A stretch of DNA of 64,000 bases from Actinomycetota bacterium (lineage in GTDB: Bacteria; Actinomycetota; Acidimicrobiia; Acidimicrobiales; Ilumatobacteraceae): positions 2,916 through 66,915 of the forward strand of contig WLJO01000010.1 in the NCBI GenBank assembly GCA_009701715.1, given 5' to 3'. Position 1 is the first letter of the stretch. The number at the start of each line of letters is the position of its first letter. A program made the translations under genes and the position numbers. Below the pieces are notes generated by a model. The model made no database searches and was not told where the DNA came from. It worked only from the letters and a program-made list of their open reading frames with translations. This document shows positions 1 through 10,555 of this stretch, piece after piece.

Positions 1-186
1 CCCATGACCAATGCGCGCATCCCTGAAACCTAACGCAGAGTGTTCGCGCACCACAGCAACCACGCTTCGTGCATCACGAACACCATGCGTCTACGAACAG
101 CAACTTGTTGGTGAATACGCAGAGAAACCGCTGTTCTGTGCCGACACATCTCCGTACACTCACCCTTGCGGGCACAGGAGACTCCA

Positions 187-2634
187 ATGTTCTATCGCGC
201 CCTGCGTTCATTCAACCGACAGCGAATCGCCATCCTTGCGGTGGGCGCGCTCGTCGTCGGCGTTCCGGTCTTGCGCACCGCAACCTCGGCACGCGCCAGC
301 GTGTCGACGGTTCAGTCAGTGGTGATTGACGGCCGCGGCAATGGCCACGGCGCAGGACTCAGCCAGTGGGGTGCGCTCGGCTGGGCCACGCAGTACGACA
401 AGACGTGGCAGGAGATCCTCGGCATCTATTACACGAACACCTCGCTCGGCCAGGTGAAGGATTCGGACTTCCAGAACACACCGGTGGGGCACATGCGCGT
501 GCAGTTGAGCGCGCTCGACGGCCTGCAGACCGCCGTCATCAGCGAATCGACAGCGCTGTCCACCACGGTGGACCCGACCAGACGCGTATGGGCCTCACTC
601 GTAGCGCGCGAGGTTGTCGGCAGAAACAACGTCTACGAGGTGTGGGGCAAGCGCACCGCCGACTGCCCCGCTGCCGATGCCACGCTGCAGCCGCCCGATA
701 CCGACGACGGCGATGGCACGGACACCACCACCCCCGACTCGACGACCACTTCGCTGGTCGAGGCCTCGTCCACTGTCGAGGCAACCAGTTCCACATCACC
801 GGAGACCACGGGCCCGGCTTCATCCTCCCCGGTTTCGATCGGTACCGCCTCCGTGAGTAGCGCCGCGGCAGGCTGGGTGCGTCTCGCCAGCGGTGTGACC
901 GGGCCGGTTACGTTCACCACGGCACTCGTGGACAGCGCGTCGGCGGTTGCCCCAGGCGATGTCATCGGTGTCTGCCAGAAGAACAAGTCGGTTCGCTACT
1001 ACCGCGGCACGGTCAGCGCAGTGAACAACGCGAGCGGACGTAACTACACGTTCAACACGGTGCTCCTCGAGGACTATGTCCGCGGCGTAGTGCCGCGCGA
1101 GTCCCCCGCCTCGTGGGCCAAGGCCGGTGGCGGCAAGGGCATTCATGCACTCCGTGCACAGGCCGTTGCTGCACGTAGCTATGCGGTGTCCAGCCGGCCA
1201 CGTTCATCCGGCGCCAAGACCTGTGACACGTCGAGCTGTCAGGTGTACGGAGGCGCTGCGAGCCGTTCGCGTCTCGGCGGCAAGCTGGCCCGCCTCGAGA
1301 ACCCTGCATCCAACGCAGCCGTTGCGGACACGGAAGGTGTCGTGCTGCGCTACGCGAACGGAGCGGTTGCCTGGGCGCTGTTCTCCTCGAGCAACGGCGG
1401 ACGCTCGATCACCGGTCTGTATGAGGCCGTGGACGACCCGGGCGACGCCATCGCCTCCAACCCGCATCACGCGTGGTCGAAGTCGGTCCCGGTATCTACC
1501 ATCATCTCGAAGTGGCCCCAGCTCGGCGAGCTGGTGAACATTCAAGTCACCAAGCGTTCGGGCGGAGGCGTCTGGGACGGTTGGGTGGACAACCTGGTGC
1601 TGGAAGGCACCAAAACCTCCGTGCGCCTCACGGGCGACCAGTTCCGCCGCGCTCTCAAGCTGAAGTCGCGATACCTGAGCTTCACGCTCTTGCGTGCGCC
1701 GAGCCGGGGGTCGGTGGGCCCGGCGCTCTACATCGGCGACACCGTCAGTGCGGGCGCGCTCAACGACCTCAAGATGCTGGTGGACAGTTCGTACCAGGTG
1801 ACGTGGGACGCCAAGATCTCGCGCTGCGTCGTTACAAGAACCGGGACCTGCGCGACCAACAACGTCGCGCTCTCGATCGCGGCTTCCCAGACGCCGGCCT
1901 TTGCGGTGGTGCAGGCCGGGTACACCGAGGACCCGACAACGATGGGTGCGGCAATCGACCAGACCATGGAGGCCCTGCTCGCCCGCGGCGTCAGTCGGGT
2001 GTTGTGGGTCAACCTTTCAGAGCGGCGACTCAACGCCGATGGCACTGCGACCTTCGCGCCGGCCAACGCTGCTCTCACCGAGGCGGCATTTCGGTGGACA
2101 CAGTTGACGGTGTTGGACTGGAACACGGCGTCGGGCAGCGACAACGCCGACCGCTGGTTCGTCAAGGGCACCGCAACGAACCCGGACCTCGTCAACCTCA
2201 CGGCGGCCGGACGCAGCCGATTCGCCCTCTTCGTGCGCACACAACTCGATGATCTCCGCTCGAAGGACCTCTTGCCTGTAGTTGTATCCGAGACACCGAT
2301 CACCACGGTTCCCACGATTCCGACGACGACACTGCCGAGCAGCGAGACCACGGTGGCCGAGACTAATCCGCCGGCGTCCACCACGTCCGAGGCCACCTCG
2401 TCCACCACCAGCACCACACTGGCCAAGCTGACGGTCCGCCCTCTTCGGGTCGGGACCCGCGGCACCCTCGTGCGCATCCTCCAACGGGCCCTCGCGGACC
2501 AGGGGTACCCGGTTCGCGAGACCGGCTATTTCGGTCTCATCACCCAGCGGTACGTAAAGGTCTTCCAGCGCTCCCAGAAACTCCCCGTGAGCGGGATCGC
2601 CGGAATGCGCACCTGGGCGGCGCTGGGCTACTGA
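187..2634 (+). CDS. Multidomain secreted cell-wall protein: SpoIID/LytB domain, central SGNH-like region, Ser/Thr/Pro linker, C-terminal PG_binding_1 domain
   Basis: Motifs GHGAGLSQWGA, LRAQAVAARSYA, CDTSSCQVYGG and FSSSNGGRS are typical of SpoIID. The C-terminus GTRGTLVRILQRALADQGY...FQRSQKLPVSGIAG is a peptidoglycan-binding repeat. N-terminal TM/signal segment present. ATG at 187 has AGGAG 7 nt upstream; the ORF track begins at TTG 166. Confidence 0.75.
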   Translation: MFYRALRSFNRQRIAILAVGALVVGVPVLRTATSARASVSTVQSVVIDGRGNGHGAGLSQWGALGWATQYDKTWQEILGIYYTNTSLGQVKDSDFQNTPVGHMRVQLSALDGLQTAVISESTALSTTVDPTRRVWASLVAREVVGRNNVYEVWGKRTADCPAADATLQPPDTDDGDGTDTTTPDSTTTSLVEASSTVEATSSTSPETTGPASSSPVSIGTASVSSAAAGWVRLASGVTGPVTFTTALVDSASAVAPGDVIGVCQKNKSVRYYRGTVSAVNNASGRNYTFNTVLLEDYVRGVVPRESPASWAKAGGGKGIHALRAQAVAARSYAVSSRPRSSGAKTCDTSSCQVYGGAASRSRLGGKLARLENPASNAAVADTEGVVLRYANGAVAWALFSSSNGGRSITGLYEAVDDPGDAIASNPHHAWSKSVPVSTIISKWPQLGELVNIQVTKRSGGGVWDGWVDNLVLEGTKTSVRLTGDQFRRALKLKSRYLSFTLLRAPSRGSVGPALYIGDTVSAGALNDLKMLVDSSYQVTWDAKISRCVVTRTGTCATNNVALSIAASQTPAFAVVQAGYTEDPTTMGAAIDQTMEALLARGVSRVLWVNLSERRLNADGTATFAPANAALTEAAFRWTQLTVLDWNTASGSDNADRWFVKGTATNPDLVNLTAAGRSRFALFVRTQLDDLRSKDLLPVVVSETPITTVPTIPTTTLPSSETTVAETNPPASTTSEATSSTTSTTLAKLTVRPLRVGTRGTLVRILQRALADQGYPVRETGYFGLITQRYVKVFQRSQKLPVSGIAGMRTWAALGY

Positions 2635-2665
2635 TCAGGAGCGCCACTCGGCCGAGTGGCGTGCG

Positions 2666-3343
2666 TCAGGCGAGGTGCTTGGCGAAGAAGCGGAAGGTAC
2701 GCGCCTGAGCAACGGCCGCTGACTGCGCGTGGAACGTGGCGCGGTGGTCGCAGTTGAACCCGTGGTCCGCTCCGTAGGCATACACCTCGGCATCGGGCCA
2801 CGCCTGCTCGATCTTGGCAACATCGCTCATCGGGATGTAGGCATCCAACTCGCCGTAGTGGGCCTGAAGCGGGATCTGCGGCTTCTGGTCGATGAGGGTG
2901 ACGGTGTTGCCGCCGTAGTACGACGAACCAGCAGCGAACACCTCTGCAGAGTGGATCGACGAGGCTGCCGTGACGAGACCGCCGAAGCAGTAGCCGACGA
3001 TGCCCACCTTGCCGGCAGACGATGCGAACCGGCCCGCCGCGCGGGTGTCAGCCAGCACCTTGGTGAAGTCCAACTGTCCTCCCGCGACGATGGCGATACC
3101 GGCCTGCATGTCATCGGGTGTGTAGCCAAGCTCCACGTTGCGCTCAACACGGTCGAAGACAGCCGGAGCAATGGCGAGATATCCGCTTGCGGCGTACCGA
3201 TCGACCATCTCACGGACGTGGATGTTGACCCCGAAGATCTCCTGGATAACGACGATGCCGCCGCGGGCCGGGCCCTCGGGATCAGCGGTGTAGGCCGCTA
3301 GCTCGAAACCATCTTCGGACGTGAGCGTGATGTGCTTCCCCAT
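2666..3343 (-). CDS. Dienelactone hydrolase family protein
   Basis: The N-terminus MGKHITLTSEDGFELAAY...GGIVVIQEIFGVN and the nucleophile motif GYCFGG match carboxymethylenebutenolidase-type alpha/beta hydrolases. Alternative ATG at 3382. Confidence 0.8.
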   Translation of the reverse strand: MGKHITLTSEDGFELAAYTADPEGPARGGIVVIQEIFGVNIHVREMVDRYAASGYLAIAPAVFDRVERNVELGYTPDDMQAGIAIVAGGQLDFTKVLADTRAAGRFASSAGKVGIVGYCFGGLVTAASSIHSAEVFAAGSSYYGGNTVTLIDQKPQIPLQAHYGELDAYIPMSDVAKIEQAWPDAEVYAYGADHGFNCDHRATFHAQSAAVAQARTFRFFAKHLA

Positions 3344-3399
3344 GAGGTGAGACCATAGCCCGTCCCGATGGAGTCGGCCCATGGTCTGTGGGCCGCTAG

Positions 3400-4737
<1,338 letters not shown>

Positions 4738-4817
4738 GTAGAGCCGCGGCGAGGGAAGCGCCAGCGACGAGCCGCACGCGGCCTATGCCGAAGCGAAGCG
4801 GCGGCTATGGCCGAGCA

Positions 4818-5399
4818 TCAACAACTTTCGAGCTCGTAGAACGGCACGGCACCCGACCGCTGTGCCCACAGGCCGGCACCCACCTGCAGGAAGTGCGGGG
4901 CAAGCCGGCGTCGGTACCAATCACCCGAGCGCCAGTGGCAGTCGAGGTCGGTCGAACCGGCATCGATCACGTGCTCGTGATCGTGCTTGGTCGGCACCTC
5001 GAGATACAGCAGATGACCCGTCGCCGTCGCGAGGTTGAGGATCGCCGCACTGGCCTGCTCGTTATTCAGGTACTGCAGCACGCCATGGCACACCACCAGG
5101 TCGAACGGCTTGCCCGGTGCCCACTGTGAGATGTCTCGTTGGTCGTGTGCGTACTGCTTACAGGCGTACTCGCTCACGTCGGTGGACACATAGTGCACCG
5201 TCGGATGGTGCTCGCGGAACCAGTCGCGCCAGAATCCGGGGCCCGCACCGACGTCGAGCGCGGAGCCAACACGAATCCCCCACCAGGTGCTCAGGCTCAT
5301 CACTGCCTGCGCGAGGTGCCCGATCGTTGTCGCGGTGTGCACTGGGTCCTGTTCATAGAAGCGCCGGTAATAGGCCGCGCCGAAGCGGTCTGCGCTCAT
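4818..5399 (-). CDS. Class I SAM-dependent methyltransferase
   Basis: Motif I LDVGAGPGFW followed by DLVVCHGVLQYL. The internal ATG at 5399 forms an ATGA overlap with the stop of the upstream membrane-protein gene. The longer ORF-track N-terminus is Arg/Cys-rich and looks non-coding. Confidence 0.75.
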   Translation of the reverse strand: MSADRFGAAYYRRFYEQDPVHTATTIGHLAQAVMSLSTWWGIRVGSALDVGAGPGFWRDWFREHHPTVHYVSTDVSEYACKQYAHDQRDISQWAPGKPFDLVVCHGVLQYLNNEQASAAILNLATATGHLLYLEVPTKHDHEHVIDAGSTDLDCHWRSGDWYRRRLAPHFLQVGAGLWAQRSGAVPFYELESC

Positions 5400-6262
5400 C
5401 GGACGGGCGGCACGCCTTTCACGCGGGTGATCTTCGGCTTGGACGGGAAGAGCGCTGCTCGTACCCACAGCGTCACGAGACCACCGACAACAACAACTGC
5501 ACCGAAGATCGTGACCGCAAGGGAGATCTGTGTGATCCGCCGGAGGAACTGATCCGCTGCGAGGCGCGCAACCCGACGGCTCAGCCCATCGTCGATGCCG
5601 TCGAGCACACGGTTGGCGCCTGTGGTGAACAGCAGCCAGACGACGAGCATGGCTACCGTCGCGACAGCCGCCGCCAGCGTAAAAATGCTGAGTCGCCCCG
5701 GGCCGAGGAACAGCGCAATAGCCACGAGCGCTGCACCCCCGATGAATAGACCCCACGCCGCACTGCGGGTGCTGCTCACGAGTTCGTATGCCCACGGGAG
5801 CGACGACCGCTCGAACAGGGTGAAGCGCAGCAGGTTCTCGCTGATCGGCAGGGTGGCGTCGAGGTTCGGGTTCAGGCCCACGAGCTGCCGGCGCACCTGC
5901 TTGGCCTGGTTCGGCAGGTTGAAGTCGATACGCGGATGATCCGTGTCCATGAGTTCGGTGTAGGCATCGAACACACCGCTGCGGATTTCTTTCTGCACTG
6001 CTGGCTGAGCGAGACGTTCGTCCACGTAGGTCTGCACCAACTTGCGCTGTTCCTCGAGGTCGCCGAGCAACACCGCACGCTTGACGATCTCACGCCCGAG
6101 CAATCGGGTGACATCGGGATCAGCGAGGATCTTGTCGACGGTGCGCTCGACAGTTGGTCGGTCGAAGACCTCCTTGTCGGCCACTACCACCACGAGTCCC
6201 ACCACGGCCACCAGTGCACCCACCAGGGCAAACAGCACCGAGAGAGCCCGGCGGATTCCCAC
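5396..6262 (-). CDS. Hypothetical integral membrane protein
   Basis: N-terminal TM helix, a roughly 150-aa soluble segment and several C-terminal TM helices. No family recognised. Translationally coupled to the methyltransferase. Confidence 0.6.
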   Translation of the reverse strand: MGIRRALSVLFALVGALVAVVGLVVVVADKEVFDRPTVERTVDKILADPDVTRLLGREIVKRAVLLGDLEEQRKLVQTYVDERLAQPAVQKEIRSGVFDAYTELMDTDHPRIDFNLPNQAKQVRRQLVGLNPNLDATLPISENLLRFTLFERSSLPWAYELVSSTRSAAWGLFIGGAALVAIALFLGPGRLSIFTLAAAVATVAMLVVWLLFTTGANRVLDGIDDGLSRRVARLAADQFLRRITQISLAVTIFGAVVVVGGLVTLWVRAALFPSKPKITRVKGVPPVR

Positions 6263-6264
6263 GC

Positions 6265-6480
6265 TCAGCCCTTGATCAACGAGGCAAGGCCCCAGATCGC
6301 CACGACGAAGCCGACAGCGGCCATGACACCACTTCGACCCTTGGGTACCACGCGGGGCTCTCCGGTTTCGGGATCGAGCGGGGGTCGGATGATGGCGAGC
6401 GCGTTGCCCACGCCGAGCGCACCGCCGAGTGCGAGTAGGAGCAGCGCAAGAAGGTTCTCACCGAGAAACATCGTTCCCAT
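6265..6480 (-). CDS. Small two-TM membrane protein (hypothetical)
   Basis: MGTMFLGENLLALLLLALGG...AAVGFVVAIWGLASLIKG contains two hydrophobic helices. Start chosen at internal ATG 6480; the upstream part of the ORF is Arg/Ser-rich. Confidence 0.45.
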   Translation of the reverse strand: MGTMFLGENLLALLLLALGGALGVGNALAIIRPPLDPETGEPRVVPKGRSGVMAAVGFVVAIWGLASLIKG

Positions 6481-6526
6481 GGTACGTGGCACAGCACCAC
6501 GAGCGCGAGAATCAGGTAATGGGTAG

Positions 6527-8536
6527 GTGGGTTCGTTGATCAAGAGGTGGAACCTCGGCCTCGTTGCGGCACTGCTGCTCGTCGCCACGCTCGTCGGTGG
6601 GGGGTTGTTCCTCGCGGCGCTTCTCGACCGCAACTACTCGGAGCGGATCCCGGTGACGCAGGGTCCAGCCCTCGAGCCACCGGTTCCCGAGGTCACCGGC
6701 ACGACTGCGGACGACTCGCTTCCCGACATGACAAACCTCACCACCGACGAGATTCAGCGCGTGGTGCAGGACCGCATGCTCGCCACGATGGGTACCGATA
6801 CGACACGCTCGTTCGATGTGCTCGCAACGGTTCACCCCGACCGTTCGGTGACGATTACCGAGACCATCGTGCAGGTGTTCCGAACAGACCGACACGGCAT
6901 CGAGCGCCTCATACCCCTGAAGACCAACCTCGGTACGAACCTGATGCGCTCGCTGGAGGTGTCCGCCTCGCGGGGCACGCCGGGCGACGTCAGTGTCCGG
7001 GACGTGACCGACGGCGTGCGGATCCGTATCGGCGATCCGGACACCACGGTGACGGGCGCACACGCCTATCGCCTCTCCTATGTGCTCGAGAACCTGGTCT
7101 CGATCGAGAACGGGCAGGCAGTCGTTCGCCTGGACGCGATCAGCGACTGGGACCAGAGGGTGGACACGCTCACCTATCGGGTGAGCGCGCCCGGCAGTCC
7201 CACGATGGTGCGTTGTTTCGTGGGCGAATTCCGCAGCACCGAATCGTGCGGCAGTGCCGCGCTCACCGAGAACGGTGGCACCTTCTCGACCGGCCGCTTG
7301 CTCGAGCCTGGCGAGGGCTTCACCGCGGAGGTCACCTACCCGCTCGACGCGTTCCCCCTCCGCGCCACCGTCACCCCGGTGCGCGGCCCCATCGGTGTCG
7401 CCATCGTGATGTGGGCGGTGCTCTACGCATCCGTGGCCGCAGGATTCGTGATCACGGTGGTGCGGGCGCGTCGCTCCCGCGCGCTCGCGGCTTCCTACGT
7501 GGCACTCACGTTCGACGGACTCACATCACCCGCACTCCCGGACCGCATGGAGCGCGGCCCGCTTGCCGCTGACGTCTTGATCGCGAACCCGCAGGCCGAT
7601 GCGCCGCTCGAGTTCGTGCCGCCGCTCAACCTCGATCCGGCCTCGATGCTCCGTCTGCGCGACACGGTGACGGTGGACGTGCCGCTACTGCTTGCAGCGA
7701 CGTTGGTGGACCTGGCTGCCGATGGCATGGTGGATCTCGAGCGCGTCGATCACGACTCGTGGACTGTGCGTCGCCACGACCGGCAACCCCGACCGGTGCG
7801 CGAGTACGAGGAGGTGCTGCTGCATGCCCTGCTCGGCGACACGCGCGAACGTGAACTCGGAGAGGCTACCGGAGGGGTCGGTGATGCTCTCGACCGGTTC
7901 ATGTCCGCGCTCGACAATCACCTCGTCGGGCTCAACCTCATCGCTCCCGGCAAGATGACTTTCTCTGCCACCAAGAACCCCGCTGGATGCGCAGCCACCG
8001 GAATGCTCGCAGGCCTGCTCCTCGCGTTCTCCGGGGTCGGCTTTGCCGTGCTCCGCAGTGCTGCAGGCACGGTGCTGTCGGCATGCGTCGTCGGTGGTGT
8101 GCTCGCAGCGGTCGTCATCGTCATGGCCGTGTATCGGGAACGCTCCCGTCTGATGCGCTACACCAAGCGTGGACTCGGCACGGTCCTGCGCATCACGGGG
8201 TTCGAGCGATTCTTCCGGGACAGCGAGGCGATTCATGCACGGGCTGCCGGCAACATGAACCTGTACCGGGAATACATGGGGTATGCGGTTGCGCTGGGCC
8301 ACGTGGACGAGTGGGTGGGTGCGATGCCCACCGAGGTGTCCACTGCCCTGGTCGGGGCCGTCCCTGTAGCCGCGCTCGCCGATGTTGCGTTCCACCCGCT
8401 CTGGTTGGCCTCGAGTCGGCGCTACACCGCGGCACACACGGTGAAGTCCCGCAGCAGCTTCAGCGGCGGTGGCGGCTTCAGCGGTGGTGGCTTCAGCGGC
8501 GGAGGTGGCGGAGGTGGGGGCGGCGGCAGCTGGTAG
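6527..8536 (+). CDS. DUF2207 domain-containing membrane protein
   Basis: N-terminal TM, large extracytoplasmic domain, central and C-terminal TM helices. The characteristic Gly-rich tail FSGGGGFSGGGFSGGGGGGGGGGSW is seen in DUF2207 proteins. Confidence 0.75.
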   Translation: MGSLIKRWNLGLVAALLLVATLVGGGLFLAALLDRNYSERIPVTQGPALEPPVPEVTGTTADDSLPDMTNLTTDEIQRVVQDRMLATMGTDTTRSFDVLATVHPDRSVTITETIVQVFRTDRHGIERLIPLKTNLGTNLMRSLEVSASRGTPGDVSVRDVTDGVRIRIGDPDTTVTGAHAYRLSYVLENLVSIENGQAVVRLDAISDWDQRVDTLTYRVSAPGSPTMVRCFVGEFRSTESCGSAALTENGGTFSTGRLLEPGEGFTAEVTYPLDAFPLRATVTPVRGPIGVAIVMWAVLYASVAAGFVITVVRARRSRALAASYVALTFDGLTSPALPDRMERGPLAADVLIANPQADAPLEFVPPLNLDPASMLRLRDTVTVDVPLLLAATLVDLAADGMVDLERVDHDSWTVRRHDRQPRPVREYEEVLLHALLGDTRERELGEATGGVGDALDRFMSALDNHLVGLNLIAPGKMTFSATKNPAGCAATGMLAGLLLAFSGVGFAVLRSAAGTVLSACVVGGVLAAVVIVMAVYRERSRLMRYTKRGLGTVLRITGFERFFRDSEAIHARAAGNMNLYREYMGYAVALGHVDEWVGAMPTEVSTALVGAVPVAALADVAFHPLWLASSRRYTAAHTVKSRSSFSGGGGFSGGGFSGGGGGGGGGGSW

Positions 8537-8548
8537 CGCCGCTCCTCC

Positions 8549-8603
8549 AAAGATCTGGGTCGATTTCCTGTGACCCCCTCACAAGAAATCGACCGAGATC
8601 TTT
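8549..8603. terminator. Long near-perfect palindrome, candidate bidirectional terminator between convergent genes
   Basis: AAAGATCTGGGTCGATTTCCTGTGA-CCCCC-TCACAAGAAATCGACCGAGATCTTT has 25-nt arms with 2 mismatches, an AAA leader and a TTT trailer. It lies 13 nt after the DUF2207 stop and 5 nt after the SHOCT stop. Confidence 0.55.
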
Positions 8604-8607
8604 CAGT

Positions 8608-8844
8608 TCAGGAGGGGTTTGGGCGTGTCTTGTGCAACGCCTCGAGTCGCCGGTGATAGTCGTCGACCTCGATGTCGCCGTGAGCCAGTCGCTCAGCGAG
8701 GATGTCCTCGGCCGATCGATGCGGGCCAGAATGCTGGGGCGGCGATGCGGCGCTGAAGCTCGGGGGCACCCCTGAGCCGCGGCGAACGACGGTGCTGACA
8801 AACCAGACGAGCAGCACTGCGAGCGCAACCATCACGACGAGCAT
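8608..8844 (-). CDS. SHOCT domain-containing membrane protein
   Basis: One N-terminal TM helix, then the C-terminal SAEDILAERLAHGDIEVDDYHRRLEAL, a typical SHOCT motif. See the finding on the upstream in-frame TAG. Confidence 0.7.
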   Translation of the reverse strand: MLVVMVALAVLLVWFVSTVVRRGSGVPPSFSAASPPQHSGPHRSAEDILAERLAHGDIEVDDYHRRLEALHKTRPNPS

Positions 8845-9060
8845 GGGAATCCAATGCTAGTGCCATCCGTCGTGATGCATCCCGCGTCCCCAGTTTCCTC
8901 GGTTCATACCAATCCTCTGTCGTCTAGACAGGCGTGTACACGCACCCGGCGCTTCGCGAAGGCACGGCGTACAGCTTCGCCTTAAGGGTGTACCACGGCG
9001 CCACTTGGGAACCAACGGACAGAGGTCCCGCGCAGGGGAGACCGACCGCAACAAACCGGG

Positions 9061-10443
9061 TCAGGAGCGGAAGCGCTCGGCGCTCTCGAACTTCGTGTAC
9101 TCCTTGAGGAACACGAGGCGCACCGAACCCGTCGGGCCAGCACGGTGCTTGCCGATGATGATCTCGGCCATCGCCTTGTCCTGGGTCTCCTGGTTATAGA
9201 CCTCGTCCCGGTACACGAACATCACCACGTCGGCGTCCTGCTCGATCGAACCGCTCTCTCGCAGATCGGCAAGCATCGGCCGCTTGTCCTGACGGCTCTC
9301 GAGGCTTCGTGACAACTGCGAGAGCGCAACGATTGGGCACTCGAGTTCACGGGCGAGGATCTTCAGGCCACGGCTGATCTCACTGATCTCCAACTGGCGG
9401 TTCTCCGCCCCGGTGCCGCTCATCAGTTGCAGGTAATCCACTACGATGAGGCCGATCTGGCCGGCCTTGGCCTTCAGTCGGCGGGCCTTGGCCCGGATCT
9501 CCATCACGGTGACATTCGGGTTCTCGTCGATGAGGAGGTCCACCTCGAGACGCCCGAGCGCCCCGGATACCTTCGTCCAGTCGGGCTGATCAAGGTTGCC
9601 GGTGCGCAACTTCTTGGAGTCCACCTTCGCCTCGATGGAGAGCACGCGCTGGGCAAGCTCGAAGTGACCCATCTCCAACGAGAAGAACAGCACCGGCAGC
9701 TTGCTGTTCTTGGCCACATTGATCGCCATGCAGAGCGCGAGCGCCGTCTTACCCATCGAGGGGCGGGCGCCGATGATGTTCAGTGTGGACGGCTGCAGCC
9801 CGTTGAGCAGCTCGTCGAGGTCCGGGAAACCGGTTGCGGTGCCGGTGATGGAGCTTCGACGCTCGTACAGGTCCTCGAGGTTGTCCATTACGTCGGACAG
9901 AATCGCGTTGATCGGCTTTGTGGAATCGGTGACCCGGCGCTCGGCCACCTCGAACATTTTCGTCTCTGCTTGGTCCAACAGACGGATCACGTCGTCGGCC
10001 TCGCCGTAGGCCATCTCGGCGATCTCGGACGAGACCGCAATGAGTTTGCGGGCCAGTGCCGTGTCCTGGACGATCTTTGCGTACCGACCAGCATTGGAGA
10101 TCGCCGGTGTTCGACCCTGCAGTTCAATGAGGTATTGCGAGCCGCCGAGTTCTTCGAGCATGCCCGCCCGACGCAGTTCGTCTGCCACGGTCACGACGTC
10201 AACCGGTTGGCCTCCCGCCGTGAGCGTGCGGATGGCGTCGTAGATGTGCTGGTGCGTTGGTTTGTAGAACTCACCTGAGGTGAGTCCCATCTCCGCGACC
10301 GCGTTGACGGCGTCGCGCGACAGCAGGAGTGCACCGAGCACCGACTCCTCGGCATCCAGGTTGTGCGGTGGTACCCGGGAACTCAGGGCGCGAGGACGCT
10401 TGGAGTCGCCGGAGCGACGTGGTTCTCTGGCCGTGTCCGTCAT
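9061..10443 (-). CDS. dnaB: Replicative DNA helicase DnaB
   Basis: N-terminal PPHNLDAEESVLGALL, Walker A GARPSMGKTALAL, then DYLQLM and SQLSR motifs. At 460 aa it carries no intein. Confidence 0.95.
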   Translation of the reverse strand: MTDTAREPRRSGDSKRPRALSSRVPPHNLDAEESVLGALLLSRDAVNAVAEMGLTSGEFYKPTHQHIYDAIRTLTAGGQPVDVVTVADELRRAGMLEELGGSQYLIELQGRTPAISNAGRYAKIVQDTALARKLIAVSSEIAEMAYGEADDVIRLLDQAETKMFEVAERRVTDSTKPINAILSDVMDNLEDLYERRSSITGTATGFPDLDELLNGLQPSTLNIIGARPSMGKTALALCMAINVAKNSKLPVLFFSLEMGHFELAQRVLSIEAKVDSKKLRTGNLDQPDWTKVSGALGRLEVDLLIDENPNVTVMEIRAKARRLKAKAGQIGLIVVDYLQLMSGTGAENRQLEISEISRGLKILARELECPIVALSQLSRSLESRQDKRPMLADLRESGSIEQDADVVMFVYRDEVYNQETQDKAMAEIIIGKHRAGPTGSVRLVFLKEYTKFESAERFRS

Positions 10444-10470
10444 GAAGGACCTACTCTGTCGCGCTCTGCC

Positions 10471-10538
10471 TGTGGATATCCAGCGGTCAAAACCTGTGGA
10501 TAACGGTGTGCATAACCGGTTCCCGACTGGGGATAACC
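10471..10538. promoter_or_regulatory. DnaA-box cluster upstream of dnaB
   Basis: TGTGGATAT (10471-10479), TGTGGATAA (10495-10503, the perfect complement of TTATCCACA) and TGGGGATAAC (10528-10537). They lie in the 112-nt rplI-dnaB spacer. Confidence 0.55.
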
Positions 10539-10555
10539 GGTGAAAAACGCGTGGG

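Noticed and set aside
8455-8533. GGC/GGT-rich short tandem repeats that look like a microsatellite
   Set aside because: They encode the Gly-rich C-terminal tail typical of DUF2207 proteins. There is no spacer/repeat organisation, so this is not a CRISPR array or an independent repeat element.
8857-9054. 65-aa minus-strand ORF upstream of the SHOCT gene
   Set aside because: The N-terminal two-thirds are Arg/Cys/Pro-rich and look non-coding. Only the last 16 codons, with their own ATG and SD, were kept as an observation.
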